Sequence record: SRR2962707_3097
Direction: 5' to 3' (one strand)
Length of the DNA: 64,000 nt
The notes under the pieces: generated by a model
What the model saw: the letters and a program-made list of their open reading frames with translations, nothing else
What the model was told of the DNA's origin: nothing
The model's database searches: none
Position numbers and translations under genes: made by a program
Shown: one piece after another, positions 57,717 to 64,000 of the stretch
How positions within the stretch are numbered: the first letter of the stretch is position 1
How the letters are laid out: every line of letters starts with the position of its first letter

Positions 57717-58370
57717 ATGGTTAAGTTAGTGATTTTTGATTGGGATGGCACTCTTTTCGATTCCATTGCAGGAATTTGCAACAGTATGTTAGAAGCGGGG
57801 GCTCGCGTTGATGCGCCTAAAAGACATTTCGATGACATCAAGAACATCATAGGTTTGTCTCTAGATACGGCCGTTCAAACCGTGTGGCCAGAACTGGATG
57901 ACGCTCACCGAACTAGATTGACCGAGCATTATAAGCAGATTTACGTCGATCAAGACCAAACACCACCAAACGCTTACGATGGCGTTTTTGAGTTACTTGA
58001 AACATTACGCCAATCAGGTTTGGCCCTAGCTGTGGCCACCGGAAAAACTCGACGCGGTTTAAATCGAGTGATGGGGCTAACCAAAACCAACGATTTTTTT
58101 ACCACTTCTCGCTGTGCAGACGAGGCGCTTTCTAAGCCGCACCCTTTGATGCTGGAACAGATATTAGAAGAGCTCGAACTTACTCCCGATGACGCCATTA
58201 TGATCGGCGATACTGAATACGATTTGAACATGGCAACAAACGCAGGAATGCGCAGTGTCGGCGTCACCTATGGCGCCCATCATCAAGAGAGATTGCAGGC
58301 CTGTAACCCCCATGCCATCATTAATGATATTAGGCAGCTAACATCAATTTTAGGATTAACAAAGCAATGA
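57717..58370 (+). CDS. HAD-IA hydrolase (phosphoglycolate phosphatase-like)
   Basis: IFDWDGTL, ATGKTRRGL, SKPHP, MIGDTEYD. Confidence 0.92.
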   Translation: MVKLVIFDWDGTLFDSIAGICNSMLEAGARVDAPKRHFDDIKNIIGLSLDTAVQTVWPELDDAHRTRLTEHYKQIYVDQDQTPPNAYDGVFELLETLRQSGLALAVATGKTRRGLNRVMGLTKTNDFFTTSRCADEALSKPHPLMLEQILEELELTPDDAIMIGDTEYDLNMATNAGMRSVGVTYGAHHQERLQACNPHAIINDIRQLTSILGLTKQ

Positions 58371-59380
58371 GTTGGACCGAAGAACAAGACAAGCAAAATG
58401 CCCAAGACGCAGAACAAAATCCCGCGACAACACCAGATCCAGCGAATCAAGAAAAAGACAGCGATTCGAGACTCTGGCAGCTGTTGGAAAAAACACTGAA
58501 TGATACTGTGGTGGAAAAGCGTCGAGCGCGCCGCTGGAAAATCTTTTTCCGTTTTACCGGTTTACTCTTTGTGCTGGCTTTGATTGGCGCAGCACTAAGC
58601 CAGATGTCATTTGATACAACCCAATTAAATAAAGACACGGTTGCGGTTATTCCAATGCGAGGCGTAATTGGCAGCGGCGCAGAAATTGACGCATCTGAAT
58701 ATGTCGGCTTGTTGGATGAGGCGTACCGAAGCCATAACTTAACCGGCGTTGTGATTGAAATGAATAGCCCAGGTGGCAGTCCTGTTCATTCGGGCATTAT
58801 CTATGACGCCATTCGCCAAAAAGAAGCGCTTTACCCTAATGTCCCAGTCATTGTGGTGGTTGAAGACATGGCGGCCTCTGGCGGTTATTACATTGCGTCG
58901 GCGGCAAATGAAATTTACGCGGACAAAGCCAGTTTAGTAGGTTCCATTGGGGTTATTTCATCAGGCTGGGATGCCAGCAAGTTAATGGAGAAAATTGGTG
59001 TTGAGCGCCGCACGTTCACCGCAGGGCGAAATAAAGACTTCCTTGATCCTTTTGTGCCTATGAGTAAAGAGGGGAAAGAGAAATGGCAAGCGGTATTAGA
59101 TGAAACGCATCAGCAATTCATTCATGCGGTAGAAGTGGGTCGAGGCGACCGATTAAAAATCACAGATGATGTTTTCTCAGGAATGATCTTTACCGGCGTT
59201 CAAGCTCAGAAAATTGGATTGATTGATGGTTTATCCAGTGCGCATGACTTGTTAAAGACTCGTTTCCCGAATTCAACTCCAGTGGTCTATGCCCCTGAGC
59301 GCGATCCATGGGAAAAAGTCGCGAAAGAATTTGGCGTGCAATTCGCGGCTAAGATACTCAGCACAGTGACGCTGCAATAA
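58367..59380 (+). CDS. sppA: S49 signal peptide peptidase
   Basis: N-terminal TM, NSPGGSP, AASGGYYIA, GSIGVI. Confidence 0.92.
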   Translation: MSWTEEQDKQNAQDAEQNPATTPDPANQEKDSDSRLWQLLEKTLNDTVVEKRRARRWKIFFRFTGLLFVLALIGAALSQMSFDTTQLNKDTVAVIPMRGVIGSGAEIDASEYVGLLDEAYRSHNLTGVVIEMNSPGGSPVHSGIIYDAIRQKEALYPNVPVIVVVEDMAASGGYYIASAANEIYADKASLVGSIGVISSGWDASKLMEKIGVERRTFTAGRNKDFLDPFVPMSKEGKEKWQAVLDETHQQFIHAVEVGRGDRLKITDDVFSGMIFTGVQAQKIGLIDGLSSAHDLLKTRFPNSTPVVYAPERDPWEKVAKEFGVQFAAKILSTVTLQ

Positions 59381-59408
59381 TTTACTAAGCAAGATTGCTA
59401 TCGTCATC

Positions 59409-59436
59409 AAAGCCTCTGTCAAACAGGGGCTTTTTT
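59409..59436 (+). terminator. Intrinsic terminator after sppA
   Basis: AAAGCCTCTGT-CAA-ACAGGGGCTTTTTT. Confidence 0.82.
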
Positions 59437-59522
59437 ATTCACGGCATTGAGATAAACTGTTTTAATGATAAAAAAGATAATATAATGACTTAATTGATTA
59501 TTGTATAAGAAGGTGTTTCGTT

Positions 59523-60284
59523 ATGGCTCGTAAAGCAAATATTGCAAGAGAAGAGATTCATCAGGCTTGTTGGGATCTATTGGAGCAAAACCATTTCCCG
59601 AACATCCCAAGAATAGCCGACTATTTTCTTAAGAAAGACGGCCGCCATGCATCGAATACCACCTTGCTGAATGCGATCACTGAGTGGGAAGAGTCCTATA
59701 AAGAATACCAACAGCATCAGCTGAAAGAATTAAATGATGCCTTGCAGCCAGCCTTCAATCATTTCTCACGAGAAATAACACAAACCCTTGGGACCTTGCT
59801 GGATGAAAAGCAAGTCGACCTTGAAAATCAGCAAGCCTTAAAAGAAAGCGCGACGCACCAAGGTTTTCTCTCATTGAGTTCTGTTTTATGTGAGACGCAA
59901 GATTCTTTGGCTAAGGTAACAGAAGAAAAGCAGCAGTTAGAAAACGCTCACCAAGCGCTCATCGAGAAACACCAGATGATTCTGGAGCGCCATGACGACA
60001 TAGTTTCACACAACAAGGTCATCGACAGTCAACTTAAGCAAACGCAAAAAGAGCGGGACGAGTTGCAGTTAAACTTGTCACAAAAAGCCGTTGATCTCGC
60101 CAAGCTAGACAACAAAGTCAGCGGCCTTGAAGAAGAAAACACTCAGCTAAAAGAGCAGTTACACGCGCTGAAAAATCAACATCAATCCATACAAGATGGC
60201 CATCTAGAAAAACTCAATAAGCAGATGGAGGAATTAACGCAATCCGTCGCTCGTATCCAGATCAAGGATAGAGACAATAAATAA
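59523..60284 (+). CDS. KfrA_N-type DNA-binding coiled-coil protein
   Basis: IAREEIHQACWDLLEQNHFPNIPRI...ASNTTLLNAITEW matches the KfrA N-terminal pattern; long heptad-rich C-terminus. Confidence 0.75.
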   Translation: MARKANIAREEIHQACWDLLEQNHFPNIPRIADYFLKKDGRHASNTTLLNAITEWEESYKEYQQHQLKELNDALQPAFNHFSREITQTLGTLLDEKQVDLENQQALKESATHQGFLSLSSVLCETQDSLAKVTEEKQQLENAHQALIEKHQMILERHDDIVSHNKVIDSQLKQTQKERDELQLNLSQKAVDLAKLDNKVSGLEEENTQLKEQLHALKNQHQSIQDGHLEKLNKQMEELTQSVARIQIKDRDNK

Positions 60285-60333
60285 TAAAGGCTATAATGCC
60301 GCTTTGTTTTACCCCATACATGGCCGAATTCTA

Positions 60334-61248
60334 ATGAGCAGTAGACAATCCGCAGTTCGCGACTTAAACACCATTAAAGATTTTATTCGCTGGACCTACA
60401 GCCGCTTCCAAAAAGCGGACCTTTTTTATGGGCATGGCACAGACAATCCTTGGGACGAGGCGGTTCATCTTGTCATGGGGGGATTAAGTTTACCCTTAGA
60501 TTTTGATCGGGATATGTTAGATTGTGCGCTGACATACAATGAAAAAAAACGTTTACTGAAGCTTATCGATAGCCGCATTAATAAGCGTGAACCCTTACCG
60601 TATTTACTTGGTGAAGCATGGTTTATGGGGCTTCCATTCAAGGTGACAAAAGACACCTTGATCCCGAGATCGCCTATTATTTCTCTGTTAGAAAGTGAGT
60701 TCGCCCCTTGGCTGAACCAATATCCAAGAACTATTCTGGATATGTGTACAGGCAGTGGCTGTTTAGGCATTGCCGCCGCGTTGGTTTTTGATGAAGCCTC
60801 AGTGGATCTGAGTGACATCAGTGAAGCCGCTCTTGTGGTCGCGAATGAGAATATCGTGCGCCATCAAGTCGAAGATCGTGTGCAGGCCATACATTCTGAT
60901 ATGTTCTCCGCACTGACCGGCAAACAATACGATTTAATTATTTGTAACCCTCCTTATGTCGATAAGCAGGACTTCCAACAAGCGCCTGCAGAGTTCCATA
61001 ATGAACCAGAATTAGCGCTAACCTCTGGTGATGATGGGCTGAACTTTACCCATAAGTTTTTAGCTCAGGCCGCGCATTATCTTCATGATGACGGTATATT
61101 AGTATACGAAGTGGGTAATACCGAAGTGGCATTGCAAGCTGCCTACCCAGAAATCCCCTTTATGTGGGTTGAATTAGAGCAGGGCGGAAACGGCGTTTTT
61201 GTCCTCACCAAAGAACAATTAAACCAACTATTACACGAGCAACAGTAG
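60334..61248 (+). CDS. prmB: 50S ribosomal protein L3 glutamine methyltransferase
   Basis: [32 protein letters not shown]; prmB-aroC synteny. Confidence 0.96.
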   Translation: MSSRQSAVRDLNTIKDFIRWTYSRFQKADLFYGHGTDNPWDEAVHLVMGGLSLPLDFDRDMLDCALTYNEKKRLLKLIDSRINKREPLPYLLGEAWFMGLPFKVTKDTLIPRSPIISLLESEFAPWLNQYPRTILDMCTGSGCLGIAAALVFDEASVDLSDISEAALVVANENIVRHQVEDRVQAIHSDMFSALTGKQYDLIICNPPYVDKQDFQQAPAEFHNEPELALTSGDDGLNFTHKFLAQAAHYLHDDGILVYEVGNTEVALQAAYPEIPFMWVELEQGGNGVFVLTKEQLNQLLHEQQ

Positions 61249-61252
61249 CATT

Positions 61253-62350
61253 ATGTCTGGTAATACTTTTGGAACACTTTTTAAAGTCACCACATTTGGT
61301 GAAAGTCATGGCCTCGCATTGGGGGCCATTGTCGACGGCTGTCCTCCAGGCATAGAGATATGCGAAGCCGATTTACAAAGAGACCTTGATCTACGTAAAC
61401 CTGGCACATCAAAACACACGACTCAGCGTCGCGAAGCGGATGAAGTAAAAATCATGTCCGGTGTTTTCGAAGGCAAAACAACAGGCACGCCAATCGGCTT
61501 GATCATTGAGAATACCGATCAACGCTCACGAGATTACGGCAACATTGAAGACACCTTCCGCCCGGCGCACGCTGATTATACTTACGACCAAAAATATGGC
61601 TTCCGTGATTATCGCGGTGGCGGTCGTTCTTCTGCCCGTGAAACCGCCATGCGCGTTGCCGCAGGCGCGATTGCTAAGAAATACCTAAAACAGCAATTTG
61701 GCATTGAAATTCAAGGTTTTTTGTCACAACTTGGTCCCATCAAGCTGGCAGTGAAAGATTTAAGTCAGGTCTACAATAATAGCTTTTTCAGCCCTGACCC
61801 AGATGCGATTCCTGAACTAGAAGAATACATGACAGCCTTGCGCCGTGAAGGCGACTCTATTGGTGCGAAAATTTCCGTCATCGCAAAAAACGTAATGCCA
61901 GGCCTTGGCGCCCCCGTTTTTGATCGACTGGATGCTGATATAGCCAAAGCGATTATGAGTATTAATGCCGTGAAAGGCGTTGAGATTGGCGATGGTTTTG
62001 ATGTCATTGAACAAAAAGGCAGTCAGCATCGTGATGAAATGACACCAGAAGGCTTCTTAAGCAATCACGCCGGCGGTGTGCTTGGTGGCATTTCTTCAGG
62101 ACAAGATATTATTGTCCATATGGCGCTGAAACCAACATCGAGCATTACCATTCCAGGAAAAAGCATCAACCGTGCGGGCGAAGCCATCGACGTGATTACC
62201 AAAGGGCGTCATGACCCTTGCGTTGGCATTCGAGCAACACCGATTGCCGAAGCCATGGTTGCCTTGACGATCATGGATCACTTGCTAAGACATAGAGCGC
62301 AAAATGCGGATGTGGTGTGCCCCACTCCCATTATTAACGCTCAAGCTTAA
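61253..62350 (+). CDS. aroC: Chorismate synthase
   Basis: [37 protein letters not shown]. Confidence 0.98.
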   Translation: MSGNTFGTLFKVTTFGESHGLALGAIVDGCPPGIEICEADLQRDLDLRKPGTSKHTTQRREADEVKIMSGVFEGKTTGTPIGLIIENTDQRSRDYGNIEDTFRPAHADYTYDQKYGFRDYRGGGRSSARETAMRVAAGAIAKKYLKQQFGIEIQGFLSQLGPIKLAVKDLSQVYNNSFFSPDPDAIPELEEYMTALRREGDSIGAKISVIAKNVMPGLGAPVFDRLDADIAKAIMSINAVKGVEIGDGFDVIEQKGSQHRDEMTPEGFLSNHAGGVLGGISSGQDIIVHMALKPTSSITIPGKSINRAGEAIDVITKGRHDPCVGIRATPIAEAMVALTIMDHLLRHRAQNADVVCPTPIINAQA

Positions 62351-62367
62351 ATTGAATTGAGTCACCC

Positions 62368-62396
62368 AAAGCCGCAATCCTTGATTGCGGCTTTTT
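62368..62396 (+). terminator. Intrinsic terminator after aroC
   Basis: AAAGCCGCAATC-CTT-GATTGCGGCTTTTT. Confidence 0.88.
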
Positions 62397-62417
62397 GTTT
62401 TTAAAGGAAGCCAGCTT

Positions 62418-62969
62418 ATGCCTAACACTGTTATTCGAATTCGCGTTGCATCGAAAAACCCCGTCAAAGTAACGGCCGCGCATCAGGCCTTCAATCAAGT
62501 ATTCCCAAATCACACAATTCACTGTGAAGGCATGGAAAGCGAATCTGGGGTCGCCGATCAACCAATGACAGAAAATGAAACGCGCCTGGGCGCGCAAAAT
62601 CGCATTCGTTATTGCAGAGCTCATGACACGAACAAGGAAGAAGATTACTTTGTGTCGATGGAAGGTGGCGTTGATGATTTTGAGGAGGGCGCTGCGACCT
62701 TTGCTTATGTCGCTATTGCTGGCCGTGATGGAAAAATACACACGGGTCGATCCGCTAACTTGCCGATACCAGACGCGGTTTATCTGCGTTTAAAAAATGG
62801 CGAAGAGCTTGGCGATGTCATGGATGATCTGTTTAAAACAGACAACGTCAAACAAAAAGGTGGCGCGATCGGTTTGCTTACAAACCATAGGGCCACTCGC
62901 GAAAGTACCTATACGCAGGCACTTATACTTGCGCTCGCGCCAATACTGCACCCTGATTTGTATTTATAA
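62418..62969 (+). CDS. yjjX: Inosine/xanthosine triphosphatase
   Basis: ASKNPVK, SGVADQP, EGG, ELGDVMD, KQKGGAIGLLT. Confidence 0.93.
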   Translation: MPNTVIRIRVASKNPVKVTAAHQAFNQVFPNHTIHCEGMESESGVADQPMTENETRLGAQNRIRYCRAHDTNKEEDYFVSMEGGVDDFEEGAATFAYVAIAGRDGKIHTGRSANLPIPDAVYLRLKNGEELGDVMDDLFKTDNVKQKGGAIGLLTNHRATRESTYTQALILALAPILHPDLYL

Positions 62970-62984
62970 GGATAAAATAGATAA

Positions 62985-63674
62985 ATGAATTACGATTGGA
63001 TTATCTTTGACGCCGATGAGACCTTATTCCACTTTGATAATTTCTCAGGTTTAAGCCACATGATGCTAAAACACAAGGTGACTTTTAGCGCAGATGACTT
63101 TGCAGAATATCAAAGTATCAATAAACCATTATGGGTGGCTTACCAGGATGGAAAAGTGACGGCGAAAGAGCTGCAAACTCGTCGATTTCAACGATGGGCT
63201 GATCGACTGAATATTCCTGCCCATCAGCTTAATCAACAATTTCTAGAATCCATGGCAGAGATATGTAAGCCGTTGCCAGGCGCACAGGCGTTAATGACGC
63301 ATTTAGCAGGCCAATCTATTAAATCTGCCATTATCACCAATGGATTTACGCAACTTCAAAAAGTGCGATTGGAACGAACAAAGTTTGACCAATATTTTTC
63401 CCATGTGATTATTTCGGAAGAAATAGGCGTAGCGAAACCCAATGTTGCCATTTTTGATCATGCACTTGAGAAAATGGGCAATCCAGATCGTAAGAAAGTA
63501 TTGATGGTTGGTGACACATTAGAGTCGGACATTCTGGGTGGCATTAACGCACAGATTGATACTTGCTGGCTCAATCATCATGGCAAAGTACACCCAGAGC
63601 ACATTGTGCCCACATATCAGATCAGCTCGCTGGATCAACTGACAGAAAAACTAAAGGCTGCAAGTAATCGTTAA
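62985..63674 (+). CDS. yjjG: Pyrimidine 5'-nucleotidase (HAD)
   Basis: YDWIIFDADETLFHF, ITNGFTQLQ, AKP, MVGDTLESDILGG. Confidence 0.93.
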   Translation: MNYDWIIFDADETLFHFDNFSGLSHMMLKHKVTFSADDFAEYQSINKPLWVAYQDGKVTAKELQTRRFQRWADRLNIPAHQLNQQFLESMAEICKPLPGAQALMTHLAGQSIKSAIITNGFTQLQKVRLERTKFDQYFSHVIISEEIGVAKPNVAIFDHALEKMGNPDRKKVLMVGDTLESDILGGINAQIDTCWLNHHGKVHPEHIVPTYQISSLDQLTEKLKAASNR

Positions 63675-63936
63675 TCAAAAGTCCTGATTGCTTGTTAACG
63701 TTAGCGAATTAACAAACGCGATAACAAGCAAATCAAGGCAACGAGGAAGTAACAGAAATAAGTGTTTGGGTGCACGGCTATTTCACCCCACTATTTCCGG
63801 TAAATGTTATTATCGGAATTAGTGTATATTAGTACTTCTGGGCTGTTTTATCGCTAAATCCCTTGATGATGATTCATTTAACACGCTACGGACTGTTTGT
63901 TGGGCAAAAAATAACGCTTTCTCCGCATCCTTATCT

Positions 63937-64000
63937 TTACCTAGCATCAAGCTCACTCGATTTCTTCTGCCACTCTTTTGGTGACATGCCCGTTTTCTTT
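63937..64000 (-). CDS. 3' end of a probable AraC-family regulator (runs off the window)
   Basis: Minus frame from 63999 reads KKTGMSPKEWQKKSSELDAR*, like the KKxTGxSPxxW/YR end of AraC HTH domains. Confidence 0.55.
   Translation of the reverse strand, partial: KKTGMSPKEWQKKSSELDAR

Noticed and set aside
59461-59500. Fur box upstream of the KfrA-like gene
   Set aside because: GATAA-rich but no convincing 19-bp alignment; explained by AT richness

Overview
64 kb of a gammaproteobacterial chromosome; gene content and synteny look Marinomonas/Oceanospirillales-like, which is an inference. About 1-21 kb is accessory and partly decaying. It holds regulator/oxidoreductase cassettes, a Fur-boxed fepBDGC catecholate-siderophore ABC transporter, and three lesions affecting four genes: a 5'-truncated HD-GYP gene, an NmrA/QorB-like gene with an in-frame TAA, and a deletion fusing the 3' parts of a divergent quinone oxidoreductase/LysR pair. 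About 21-64 kb is mostly core genome (truC, tesA/ybbAP, polB, tatD, cheV, hemH, recQ-sprT, ttcA, apt-fnr-hemN, tusA, sppA, prmB-aroC, yjjX-yjjG). No rRNA, tRNA, CRISPR array or intact transposase was seen. Most interesting signals: (1) a signal-peptide-bearing leader ORF ending in the ribosome-arrest motif RAPP, whose last codons base-pair with the start codon and SD of a downstream CBS-domain gene, i.e. a SecM/ApdP-like translational attenuator on an unexpected target; (2) a Wadjet/MksBEF jetABC SMC locus with no jetD nuclease, embedded in a housekeeping operon; (3) an 18/20 consensus LexA box forming the stem of the terminator downstream of polB; (4) a catalytically degenerate GGDEF gene behind a near-consensus sigma-28 promoter. 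All family calls come from motif recognition by eye; no database searches were run.
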